Assembly (NCBI GenBank): GCA_043817685.1
Contig: JBDRGQ010000006.1
Coordinates: 1,879 to 65,878 of the forward strand
Direction: 5' to 3'
DNA: 64,000 bases
From: a bacterium
GTDB taxonomy: Bacteria; Patescibacteriota; Minisyncoccia; Minisyncoccales; RBG-13-42-11
Both the position numbers and the translations under genes were made by a program. Positions 44,326 to 52,748 of the stretch are shown here, one piece after another. How positions within the stretch are numbered: the stretch's first letter is position 1; each line of letters opens with the position of its first letter. The notes beneath the pieces are model-generated. The model had not been told where the DNA came from. It did not search any database and was given only the letters and a program-made list of their open reading frames with translations.

Positions 44326-45471
44326 TTAACTAGTCTTTATCGGCATTATTAGATAAAGATAACTATCATCTTTTTTAGATCTTAATACCCCAGGTTTTTC
44401 TGAGCCACTTAATTCCAGAGTTATTTCTGGATTTTTTTCTTCTCCGAAAACAACGCTTAAAATGCCGTCTAATAAAAATCTGTGGTTGAAGGAAGCTTCG
44501 CAACTTTTCCCTTCGGCCTTAACTCTGATTGATCCTTGGTGTTCTCCGATATCAGGATTTTGACTAGAAACACTTAATTCTCCTTTCTTAGGATCAACTT
44601 TTATCTTAACCTCATTCACTTTGCTACTAAAAAGGGAGGCTAGTTTAATCTGGCTTATTAATTCTTCCGCTTTAAAAGATACTTTAGTTTCGTGAGATTT
44701 TGGGATTATCTCCTGATAATTAGGGTATTCTCCCTCAATAAGCCTGGATATTATCTGGATGTGAGGGTGGTCTGTTTCAGAAAGCAAGCTTTCAAACATT
44801 ATCTGGTTTGGTGAAAAATAAATAGTTAAGTTATCGTCCCTTTCTCCAAAAATATTAATAATCTCTTTAGCCGTTCTTTGAGGAAGGATCAAAGAATAGG
44901 CTTCAGAAAGATCAGAAGTTTGGCCTAAATATAATTTCTTTTCCCCCAGTCTAAAACTATCTGTAGCTGTCATCGTAATCATATCTTTTTGGAAAAGGAA
45001 ATATACTCCGGAAATTTCCACTTTTGTAGAGGAATAACCAGCGATATCAACAACTTTAGATAAATTTTTACAGAATAATTTTCCGTCTATGGTTAATTTT
45101 TCATTTTTGGATATTTGGGGGATAATTGGGAATTCTTCTGCGTCGACACCTTTAATTGTAGTTTGTCTATCTTCACACTCAACTTGGAGATCAGCTTCTT
45201 TAACTTTCAAACTAATTTGTTTATTGGGGAGAAAATTTACAAAACTTGATAATAGTTTAGCTGGAACCGTTATTTTTCCTTCTTTTTCAGTTTTTACTAA
45301 AGACCACCATTGTATCCCAATTTCCAAGTCAGTAGAAGATAAATTTAAAAAATTCTTTTCGGTTTTAATAAGAATATTATTCAAAATCGGCAAAGTCAAA
45401 GATTTATTAGAAATTCTTTCTACAACACTAATACCGTATTTTAATTTATCTTTTAATATTGTTGTTATCAT
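44326..45471 (-). CDS. dnaN: DNA polymerase III subunit beta (sliding clamp)
   Basis: 381 aa in a three-domain clamp layout, positioned directly downstream of dnaA. Confidence 0.9.
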   Translation of the reverse strand: MITTILKDKLKYGISVVERISNKSLTLPILNNILIKTEKNFLNLSSTDLEIGIQWWSLVKTEKEGKITVPAKLLSSFVNFLPNKQISLKVKEADLQVECEDRQTTIKGVDAEEFPIIPQISKNEKLTIDGKLFCKNLSKVVDIAGYSSTKVEISGVYFLFQKDMITMTATDSFRLGEKKLYLGQTSDLSEAYSLILPQRTAKEIINIFGERDDNLTIYFSPNQIMFESLLSETDHPHIQIISRLIEGEYPNYQEIIPKSHETKVSFKAEELISQIKLASLFSSKVNEVKIKVDPKKGELSVSSQNPDIGEHQGSIRVKAEGKSCEASFNHRFLLDGILSVVFGEEKNPEITLELSGSEKPGVLRSKKDDSYLYLIMPIKTS

Positions 45472-45572
45472 AGTGGATAAGTTATTTTTAAGCTTATTTT
45501 CCTTTTAAATTTATAGTGTTAAAAACATCTTATAATCTGTGGGTTTAAAATGTCTCCTGTTTTGGCCACAGG

Positions 45573-46922
45573 TTATCCAGCGTAAATGCGCTGCTTTATT
45601 AACGTTATTTCATTGTTAAGATTCTCGTTATTTTCCAACTCTTTCACTATTTTCCCACAGGCATGTATGACTGTTGTATGGTCTTTTCCTCCGAATTTTC
45701 TACCTATAAAAGGATATGAACTTTTTAATTCTTCCCTTAATAAATACATGGCTATTTGTCTTGGTCTTACTATTTCTTTCTTTCTAGAAAAAGATAAAAT
45801 CTCCTTTTCTTTTAAGTCATAAAATGTAGCCACTGACTCTATTATTTTCCTTGGATTAGCTATTTTACTAGGGGACAACAAAAGGCTTTTTAGTAATAAT
45901 TTGGCAGCTTCCAAATCAGGATTTTTATTATTTATCCTTTGGTAGGCAACTAGCCTATTAAGGGCTCCTTCAAGCTCTCTAACGTTTCTTTGGATGTTAG
46001 AGGCCAGATATTCTAAAACATCATCAGCAAAGCCCAATCCTTTCTCTTGGGATTTAGTTTTTAAAATAGCCATTCTGGTTTCATAGTCTGGATATCCTAT
46101 GTCTCCAATCATCCCTCCTTCAAATCTGGAACGAAGTCTTTCTTCCAAGGCTGGAATAGCTTTTGGAGGCTTGTCAGAAGACAAGATTATCTGTTTATTA
46201 TTTTCATAAAGAGTATTAAAAGTATGGAAAAATTCTTCTTGAGTTTTTTCCTTTCCAGCCAAAAACTGGACATCATCTAAAATCAGAACATCTATCGATC
46301 TGTATTTTGTTTTAAAAGTCTCAACGTCATGATTTTTAATAGAAGAGACTATACCGGCAGTGAATTTTTCGGCAGGGATATATCTTACTTTTTTCTGTGG
46401 GAAATTTTTTATTATTATATTCCCAATAGCTTGAAGTAAATGGGTTTTCCCAAGGCCAACTCCTCCGTAAATAAAAAGAGGATTATATACTAGCCCCGGT
46501 TTTTTTCCTACTGCCCAAGCGGCTGCATGAGCTAATTCGTTGGATGGGCCGACAACAAAGCTTTCAAAAGTATATCTAGGGTTGAGATTAGTTTCTTTAT
46601 CTATTTTAAATTCCTCTATCTCAAGCTGACCAACAGATGATAAAATAGCAGAGCTTTTTTTAGCAATTTTTAATTCTGATTTTCCCAAGATATATTTCAC
46701 GTCTTTTACTTCCTTATCCAAATTAAATATGATTTTCGCAATAGTTTTTCCGTACTTATTTTCCAGCCATTCTTTAGCGAAAGAGTTGGGGACAGACACT
46801 AAAACCTGCCCCTCTTTACAAGAGAGAATTCCAGTGTCTTTAAACCAGGTGGAAAAATTAGCTTGCGAAATATTTAATTGAATTTGAGCAAGTACAGCTT
46901 GCCAGAGTTCTTCTTTAGTCAT
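45573..46922 (-). CDS. dnaA: chromosomal replication initiator protein DnaA
   Basis: YNPLFIYGGVGLGKTHLLQAIGN (Walker A), VLILDDVQFL, and a domain IV motif GGKDHTTVIHA. Confidence 0.97.
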   Translation of the reverse strand: MTKEELWQAVLAQIQLNISQANFSTWFKDTGILSCKEGQVLVSVPNSFAKEWLENKYGKTIAKIIFNLDKEVKDVKYILGKSELKIAKKSSAILSSVGQLEIEEFKIDKETNLNPRYTFESFVVGPSNELAHAAAWAVGKKPGLVYNPLFIYGGVGLGKTHLLQAIGNIIIKNFPQKKVRYIPAEKFTAGIVSSIKNHDVETFKTKYRSIDVLILDDVQFLAGKEKTQEEFFHTFNTLYENNKQIILSSDKPPKAIPALEERLRSRFEGGMIGDIGYPDYETRMAILKTKSQEKGLGFADDVLEYLASNIQRNVRELEGALNRLVAYQRINNKNPDLEAAKLLLKSLLLSPSKIANPRKIIESVATFYDLKEKEILSFSRKKEIVRPRQIAMYLLREELKSSYPFIGRKFGGKDHTTVIHACGKIVKELENNENLNNEITLIKQRIYAG

Positions 46923-47154
46923 GGGTTAACGACCAAAATTAATGTATCTAATATAATAGCATAAAGTCAAAATAAAGAAAATAAAGCTAAAAGACAATGG
47001 TTTGTTGATAAGATGAGGATAATTTGTGGAAAAACTTCAACTCAATGAGCTTCGTTCGTTTCGATTTTGGCTGAGCACATAAAATTTATATATTCAACTC
47101 AGTAATTGACGATGGTTATTTTTTTTGATAAGATAATAAAGTGTTATAAAATAT
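46923..47154. other. probable oriC (dnaA-rpmH intergenic region, AT-rich with DnaA boxes)
   Basis: An AT-rich 232-nt spacer lies between the divergent dnaA and rpmH genes. It contains three 8/9 DnaA boxes and a further 7/9 box (TTTTGATAA, 47123-47131). Confidence 0.65.
47003..47033 (+). promoter_or_regulatory. array of three same-orientation DnaA boxes at 11-bp spacing
   Basis: TGTTGATAA (47003-47011), TGAGGATAA (47014-47022) and TGTGGAAAA (47025-47033). Each matches TGTGGATAA at 8/9 positions. Confidence 0.6.
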
Positions 47155-47289
47155 ATGTCTATAACTTACAACGCAAAAAAGAAAAAAAGAAAAAGAAAGC
47201 ATGGTTTTCTTAAAAGAATGAGAACAAAGTCGGGGCAAAGCGTTCTTTCTAGAAGGAGAAGCAAAAAAAGAGCAAAGAAAACAGTTTAA
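47155..47289 (+). CDS. rpmH: 50S ribosomal protein L34
   Basis: Manual translation gives [44 protein letters not shown] (44 aa). It falls below the ORF-track size cutoff and sits upstream of rnpA. Confidence 0.92.
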   Translation: MSITYNAKKKKRKRKHGFLKRMRTKSGQSVLSRRRSKKRAKKTV

Positions 47290-47290
47290 A

Positions 47291-47632
47291 ATGGCTTTAC
47301 AAAACAACCGTCTTCAAAAAAGAAAAGACATTGATTTAGTTTTCAAAAAAGGAAAAACCTTTAAAGAGGAATTATTACTTTTAAAGATTCTTAAGACTAA
47401 TTTAGACGCTTCCCGATTTGCTTTCGTTATTTCTCAAAAGGTTTCCAAAAAGGCAAACATAAGAAACAAACTTAGAAGAAGATTAAAAGCCATAATCCAA
47501 AACCTATTGGAGGAAAAGAAAAACAGATCTAGAGATATTTTAATAATAGCTTTGCCTGGGGCAGAAAAGAAAGAATATAAAGAATTAGAAAGCATGGTTA
47601 AAAAAATATTTGGAAAACTCAAACTCATATAA
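47291..47632 (+). CDS. rnpA: ribonuclease P protein component
   Basis: Basic 113-aa protein (VSKKANIRNKLRRRLK) in the rpmH-rnpA-yidD-yidC order. Confidence 0.88.
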   Translation: MALQNNRLQKRKDIDLVFKKGKTFKEELLLLKILKTNLDASRFAFVISQKVSKKANIRNKLRRRLKAIIQNLLEEKKNRSRDILIIALPGAEKKEYKELESMVKKIFGKLKLI

Positions 47633-47841
47633 TGGTTGAGAAAATTATTTTAAAAATAATAAAATTTTATCAAAAATACGTTTCTGTTAATTTAAGAAAG
47701 AATTGCAGGTTTTACCCAAGCTGTTCTGAATACACAGTTTTATCCATAGAAAAACGCGGAGCATTAATGGGAGGGATAAAAGGAATAATTAGAATATTAA
47801 AATGCCATCCTTTTAATAAAGGAGGCGTAGATTTGCCATAA
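47632..47841 (+). CDS. yidD: membrane protein insertion efficiency factor YidD
   Basis: CRFYPSCSEYTVLSIEKRGALMGGIKGIIRILKCHPF. Confidence 0.92.
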   Translation: MVEKIILKIIKFYQKYVSVNLRKNCRFYPSCSEYTVLSIEKRGALMGGIKGIIRILKCHPFNKGGVDLP

Positions 47842-47843
47842 AC

Positions 47844-48587
47844 ATGGATTTTTTTATACTCGCTTTCAATACGGTTTTATATAAGCCACTTTTCAACGCA
47901 TTAGTTCTGCTCTACGAGTACATTCCTGGTAAGGATTTCGGAGTAGCTGTTATAATTTTAACCTTGATAATAAGGTTTTTATTATATCCTTTAATGATGA
48001 AGTCTATAAAGTCCCAGAAGATAATGTCAGAACTTCAGCCGAAATTAAAGGAAATACAGAACAAATATAAAGACGATAAGGAAAAACAAACTAGGGAAAT
48101 GATGGATCTTTATAAAAGGGAAAAGTTCAATCCTTTTGGAGGATGTCTTCCTTTGTTGCTTCAATTACCGATATTAATTGCTCTTTATAGGGTTTTTTGG
48201 AAGGGATTAAGCGAAGGATCAATGGATAAATTATATTCTTTTGTCCCCAATCCAGGAATTATAGATCCAATGTTTTTAGGAGTAATAAATTTATCAGAAT
48301 CTAATTTTGTTCTAGCTATAATTGCAGGAATAGCTCAGTTTTTCCAAACAAAAACAATGACGGGGCAAAGTAAAAAAGATGATGGCAAGGGACAGTTTGC
48401 TAATATGATGCAAAAACAAATGCTTTATTTCTTTCCGATAATTACTGTAATAATTCTTTTAAGAATGCCAGCAGCCATAGGTCTTTATTGGATAGTAACG
48501 GCTTTATTCTCTGTCTGGCAGCAACACATAGTGTTTAAAAAGAAGGGCGAAGAGAATAAGCCATCTTCTTCCCCCTCGCTTCCATAA
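47844..48587 (+). CDS. yidC: membrane protein insertase YidC
   Basis: Short YidC/Oxa1 core: LLYPLMMKSIKSQKIMSELQPKLKEIQNKYKDD...NPFGGCLPLLLQLPILIALY. Confidence 0.92.
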   Translation: MDFFILAFNTVLYKPLFNALVLLYEYIPGKDFGVAVIILTLIIRFLLYPLMMKSIKSQKIMSELQPKLKEIQNKYKDDKEKQTREMMDLYKREKFNPFGGCLPLLLQLPILIALYRVFWKGLSEGSMDKLYSFVPNPGIIDPMFLGVINLSESNFVLAIIAGIAQFFQTKTMTGQSKKDDGKGQFANMMQKQMLYFFPIITVIILLRMPAAIGLYWIVTALFSVWQQHIVFKKKGEENKPSSSPSLP

Positions 48588-49061
48588 ATGGAAACTCGGC
48601 ATATGAACTCAAAACAGCTTAATACAATTAAAGAAACAGTAAAGGAGTTTTTTGAGAAAACCACTTTTGAAACAGAAGTAGAGGTTTTGCCGGAAAAAGA
48701 AAAAACTGTTCCTATTAGATTAAAAGTCCAAGAGCCCCAAATCCTTATTGGAGAAGGCGGTCAAACTTTAGCGGAAATACAACATTTGTTAAAAGCTATA
48801 TTAAAAAGAAAGATAGAGGAAGATTTCTATATTAATTTAGATATAAATGGATACAAAGAAAGGAAAGAAGATTATTTAAGAGAAATGACTCGTTCCATTG
48901 CCGATGAAGTGATTTTGACCAAACAAGAAAAAGAACTGGCGCCTATGCCAGCCTACGAAAGAAGGATAATACATATGGAACTTTCTACTAGAGAAGGGGT
49001 TGAGGCAGAGAGCATCGGGCGAGAGCCGGAAAGAAGGATTATTATAAAGCCAAAAGCTTAA
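48588..49061 (+). CDS. jag: Jag/KhpB-like RNA-binding protein (KH + R3H domains)
   Basis: LIGEGGQTLAEIQHLLK (KH-like) and ELAPMPAYERRIIHMEL (R3H). It follows yidC. Confidence 0.85.
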   Translation: METRHMNSKQLNTIKETVKEFFEKTTFETEVEVLPEKEKTVPIRLKVQEPQILIGEGGQTLAEIQHLLKAILKRKIEEDFYINLDINGYKERKEDYLREMTRSIADEVILTKQEKELAPMPAYERRIIHMELSTREGVEAESIGREPERRIIIKPKA

Positions 49062-49075
49062 GCCTTAAAAAGAGT

Positions 49076-50869
49076 TTATCCTGCCAGATTTTCCCTGGCT
49101 TTTTTTATTTTCAAAATCTCTTCAGGAGAAGTTGTAATGAATTGGTCTTCGGCGTAAGAAGCCATTACTTTAATAACTACATGTTTTTGCCCTGCAAAAA
49201 AGATTCCCTCTCCAACTTCAGCTTGCAGTAATGTCATTTTTTCTCCATCAGTCAGATTAAATGTTTTTTGAACGGTTTCAATAGTTGCCGAACTTTGTTT
49301 CATTAATAATTGCAAAGAAGAGTTAGTTATAATCGGTTTTCCGTAGTCTGACTTCATAAAATCATTAACGTCCTGGGTGATAGTCGTGACTCCCAGCCAG
49401 TATTTCCTAGCCCTTTTGCATATTCCGTACAAGAAGGATGCGCCGTCATTAGATTGCATAATCCACCAGGCTTCGTCAACAACCAAAATTCTTTTCTTTA
49501 ATTCTGATCTAACCTTATTCCAGATATATCTCATAATAATGAACATCGCCATGGGCCTTAATTCGTCTTCCATGTCCCTTATTCCGAAAACGACAAAAGA
49601 GCTGTCCATTGAGATGTTTGTGTTTTGGTTAAAAAAATTAGAGAAAGTTCCTTTTGTAAATTTCCTAACCCTTTTTACCAGAGAGTCCGCTCCTTCCATA
49701 CCTTTTAATACTTCTTCAAAATCAGACATTAAGGGAGTTTTTTCTTTCCAAGTAGAAGAATCTGATTCTGGGGTTATGTCTTTGGAAGCATAGGTTTCCG
49801 TAAGAGCCCTATCTATAATAGCATCTTCTTCTGGGCTTAATCCTCCAAACATTATCCTCAAAAGTCCTACAAGGTTTATTATGTTTGAACGAAGGATGTC
49901 TCCCGGCTTTTCATCTTCTCTCGGCTCTGGTAGATCAAAAGGATTTATATGGTTTTCCGAAGACAAAGACATGCTTAAAAATGATCCCCCAATAGCGTTA
50001 GAAAGATTCTGGTATTCGTTTTCAGGGTCTAAAATAATAATATCAACGCCTAGCATCAAAGACCTGAGAATTTCAAGCTTTATTGCGTATGATTTTCCCG
50101 AACCGGACTTGGCAAAAACTATAGAATTTGCATTTTCTAAGCTGAATCTATCAAATAAAATAAGGGAGTTATTATGCATATTTATTCCATAAAGAATCCC
50201 TTCATTAGAACTTAAGTCAGAAGAAACAAAAGGAAAGGTGCTGGATAAGGCCCCTGTGTCCATGGAGGTGTGAACCATTAATTGATCTAACCCGTAAGGA
50301 GAAGTTGAATTAAATCCCTCTTTTTGCTGATATAGGGCAGGTTTAATATATATTAGTCTGGATTCTAGGATTGACCGTAAAGTAACCTCTATATCTTTTA
50401 GGTCTTTTTCTTCTTTTCCGTAAGCTGTAAGATATAATCCGAATTTAAACATTCTCTCTTGAGCTGTCTGCAGTCTGTCTCTTAGGCTTTCAATATCTTG
50501 GTAGGCTGTTTCCAAAGCAGGATCTCTTACAAGTCCTTTTTCTTCTCTGTCCATTATTTCTGCCTGGACCTCAGTAACTCTTTTTCTTAATTGTCTTAGA
50601 ACGTTTCCAGTCTCAATAGGATGGATATGAAAGCTAATATCCATTGGAGTGTCCAAATTAATTATCGGAGAGAACCAGGCGGTGCTTAGATATCTGGGGT
50701 AAGAAAAAATAAAGAATGACTTAGTGATTCTTTTGCCCAAATTCAAAGATCCTGGTTTTACCATTATTGAAGAGGGGGCAATGATGTCCTTGGCGTCCAT
50801 TGCCTTTACTTCAAACAGTTTTTCCGGCTCTTCAGCTTTCTTTTTTTTATTTAAAAAAGGTAGTTGCAT
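49076..50869 (-). CDS. virB4: VirB4/TrbE-family type IV secretion ATPase (C-terminal two-thirds of a split VirB4)
   Basis: Walker A FAKSGSGKSYA and Walker B RILVVDEAWWIM. The N-region IIAPSSIMVKPGSLNLGKRITKSFFIFSYPRYLSTAWFSPIINL is typical of Gram-positive-type VirB4. Confidence 0.85.
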   Translation of the reverse strand: MQLPFLNKKKKAEEPEKLFEVKAMDAKDIIAPSSIMVKPGSLNLGKRITKSFFIFSYPRYLSTAWFSPIINLDTPMDISFHIHPIETGNVLRQLRKRVTEVQAEIMDREEKGLVRDPALETAYQDIESLRDRLQTAQERMFKFGLYLTAYGKEEKDLKDIEVTLRSILESRLIYIKPALYQQKEGFNSTSPYGLDQLMVHTSMDTGALSSTFPFVSSDLSSNEGILYGINMHNNSLILFDRFSLENANSIVFAKSGSGKSYAIKLEILRSLMLGVDIIILDPENEYQNLSNAIGGSFLSMSLSSENHINPFDLPEPREDEKPGDILRSNIINLVGLLRIMFGGLSPEEDAIIDRALTETYASKDITPESDSSTWKEKTPLMSDFEEVLKGMEGADSLVKRVRKFTKGTFSNFFNQNTNISMDSSFVVFGIRDMEDELRPMAMFIIMRYIWNKVRSELKKRILVVDEAWWIMQSNDGASFLYGICKRARKYWLGVTTITQDVNDFMKSDYGKPIITNSSLQLLMKQSSATIETVQKTFNLTDGEKMTLLQAEVGEGIFFAGQKHVVIKVMASYAEDQFITTSPEEILKIKKARENLAG

Positions 50870-50877
50870 GTGTTAAG

Positions 50878-51501
50878 CTATTTAATTATTTCGGGGGGTA
50901 TTTCTGGATAATAGCCGACTTCCGCTTCTTCTGGATGATGTAAACTCCAGAACAGTTCAATTAATTCAGGTGTGTTTAAGGAGGTGCATTGCAATCCGCA
51001 TCTCCTTAACCCCAAAACAACAAATTCCACTCTTTGCCAAAGCTGCGATTTTGCTCTCTGGAACTGGTCTTCTGTCGGGGACTGTGTTGTTTTTTCTTTT
51101 TTAAAACCAGGAATTTCAATAAGAGTGAAAGGGACAACGGCAAAAAAGGTTTTTGAAAGAATTTGACCTCCGGCAATTAGTTCTTTTATGAATTTTTGGT
51201 ATTCAACAGTTTGGACTTTTAGCAATTCATTCTTTTGTTTTTTGGCTATTTCGGAAAGCTTGTCTAGATATCCTGTAATATTAAGCTTTCTGGACTGTAT
51301 TACGATTTCTAAAGAAAAGTCCAAGGAGTTTAAAAAATTTTGAAATTGATAAATAGTTGCTTCTTGTTCTTCTATAGATTTAAGGGCAAAGTTAAGAGAA
51401 GAAACCATAATAACCCCTCTTAGGGATTTATTTTTTAAAAGCACTACTCCTTCTCGAACTTCATCTATTTCTAGAAATTGTTGGGTTGATGCTTGAGGCA
51501 T
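50878..51501 (-). CDS. VirB4 N-terminal-domain-like protein (separate ORF)
   Basis: STQQFLEIDEVREGVVLLKNKSLRGVIMVSSLNFALKSIEEQEATIYQFQNFLNSLDFSLEIVIQSR resembles the extreme N-terminus of Tn916 Orf16/ConE-type VirB4 proteins. Confidence 0.55.
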   Translation of the reverse strand: MPQASTQQFLEIDEVREGVVLLKNKSLRGVIMVSSLNFALKSIEEQEATIYQFQNFLNSLDFSLEIVIQSRKLNITGYLDKLSEIAKKQKNELLKVQTVEYQKFIKELIAGGQILSKTFFAVVPFTLIEIPGFKKEKTTQSPTEDQFQRAKSQLWQRVEFVVLGLRRCGLQCTSLNTPELIELFWSLHHPEEAEVGYYPEIPPEIIK

Positions 51502-51911
51502 TATTTTGTATTGCTTTCTATATGATCTTTAATTTTCTTTAATCGGCTTCCTTCAGTTATTTTCAAAGGCAATTCCTCTTCTTCTTGTTTTTGGACTTTT
51601 TTAACTGGTTTTTGGACCCTCATAACAGGGGCTTCTTTCTTTTTCCAAATATACATTTTAGGCATGAGATTAAATTTTAAGAAGCTACTTAAAGTAGAAG
51701 GAAGACTTCTTCCATTAACTTTTAAAAAAGACATAGCCAAAGCTCCTCCAAGCAATATAATACAGGCGGCTATAAAAAAGAGGAAGGGGAGCATAAAATA
51801 AAGGATAAAACATGCTCCACCAGCCATTCCTATATAGATAAACTGACCAAAAGTAAATGGTCCAATAACCTTAGCTTCGTGTTCTATGAATTGAGGAACT
51901 ATAAATCTCAT
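51501..51911 (-). CDS. PrgI/VirB3-like small membrane protein
   Basis: MRFIVPQFIEHEAKVIGPFTFGQFIYI followed by two TM helices matches the PrgI-family pattern (VP..I..E.K..G.LT.RQ). It lies immediately upstream of the VirB4 genes. Confidence 0.65.
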   Translation of the reverse strand: MRFIVPQFIEHEAKVIGPFTFGQFIYIGMAGGACFILYFMLPFLFFIAACIILLGGALAMSFLKVNGRSLPSTLSSFLKFNLMPKMYIWKKKEAPVMRVQKPVKKVQKQEEEELPLKITEGSRLKKIKDHIESNTK

Positions 51912-51912
51912 A

Positions 51913-52356
51913 TTATTCTATTTGTTCCCTATAAGAATCAGGCCCAGAATCAGTTGTTTTTTCTTTCTCGGGCTTTTCGGAAGATACTTCTTCATTCTCC
52001 TTTACCTCTCTTTTTTCCACCCCTTGAGCAGATATTTTATTTATACTATTTATTAATTCTTTTACCGGGTAAAATACAAATCTATTTATTTTTCTGGTTA
52101 TTCTTTTGGCGACTTCCTTTTTTATCTTTACTTCTTTTTCAATCGTTTCTTGAAAGTCTTCAGGGAGAATTAATCCCATCAAAACTCTACCCGCATAACG
52201 AGCCACCTCTGGTATTTGTTCATATTCTAAATCTTCATCAGCACAAATGTTGAAGATGTTCTCGGCCGTTTCTTCCGAAATAGCGGTTTCCTTCAGTTCT
52301 TCCGGAAGTTTGTTAAATATTTCTCTAAATTGTTCTTTGGTGTATTCTTTTGGCAT
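51913..52356 (-). CDS. hypothetical acidic cytoplasmic protein
   Basis: 147 aa counted from ATG 52356; the ORF track uses a TTG at 52368. No motif recognised. Confidence 0.4.
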   Translation of the reverse strand: MPKEYTKEQFREIFNKLPEELKETAISEETAENIFNICADEDLEYEQIPEVARYAGRVLMGLILPEDFQETIEKEVKIKKEVAKRITRKINRFVFYPVKELINSINKISAQGVEKREVKENEEVSSEKPEKEKTTDSGPDSYREQIE

Positions 52357-52361
52357 ATATC

Positions 52362-52390
52362 TTGACAAAATATAATTTATATGTTATGAT
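52362..52390 (+). promoter_or_regulatory. sigma70-type promoter of the embedded plus-strand small gene
   Basis: TTGACA (52362-52367), a 17-nt spacer, then TATGAT (52385-52390). Confidence 0.6.
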
Positions 52391-52392
52391 TT

Positions 52393-52419
52393 GTTTATCA
52401 AAACGTGTTTATCAAAACG
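52393..52419 (+). promoter_or_regulatory. tandem direct repeat, operator-like (2 x GTTTATCAAAACG at 14-nt period)
   Basis: Exact 13-mers at 52393-52405 and 52407-52419, between the -10 element and the SD of the small gene. On the minus strand each copy contains TTGATA. Confidence 0.6.
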
Positions 52420-52438
52420 ATAGAAAGGAGATGCGGAA

Positions 52439-52681
52439 ATGTTGTTCTTTAAACCATCTAATGCAAGGAAGAGAGGCGACAAAGTTGCTGTTATCGGCAG
52501 GAGAGCCAAGGAAGAAAGCTTTTATCTTGAGAGAGAGAAAGCTTTACAAGTTGACCTTAAGACAACGGCCGAGGCAGTTACCAGGCTGCGTAAAGAGGTA
52601 GAGGCCTGGTATGCTGGCGATGGCAAAGATCTTATCTCTTCCCCATTCCATGTCAAATATCCGGTTAATCCTGACAAGTAG
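52439..52681 (+). CDS. hypothetical 80-aa protein (candidate regulator; possible ribbon-helix-helix-like layout)
   Basis: SD AGGAG 8 nt before the ATG. It has its own promoter and terminator, and GC-rich codons (the 60-nt line at 52561 counts 36/60 GC). It is the only plus-strand gene inside the minus-strand T4SS-like block. Confidence 0.6.
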   Translation: MLFFKPSNARKRGDKVAVIGRRAKEESFYLEREKALQVDLKTTAEAVTRLRKEVEAWYAGDGKDLISSPFHVKYPVNPDK

Positions 52682-52709
52682 TTACCCTTTTCTCATAAGT
52701 CATCCCCTT

Positions 52710-52739
52710 AGGGCAGACATAGCGCTGCCCTTTTTCTTT
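52710..52739 (+). terminator. intrinsic terminator of the small plus-strand gene
   Basis: AGGGCAG (52710-52716) / CTGCCCT (52725-52731) with an 8-nt loop, followed by TTTTTCTTT. Confidence 0.75.
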
Positions 52740-52748
52740 AAAGCAGGA

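Noticed and set aside
47116-47307. 63-aa minus-strand ORF.
   Set aside because: It is antisense to the manually identified rpmH (L34) gene at 47155-47289, which has an unmistakable L34 sequence.
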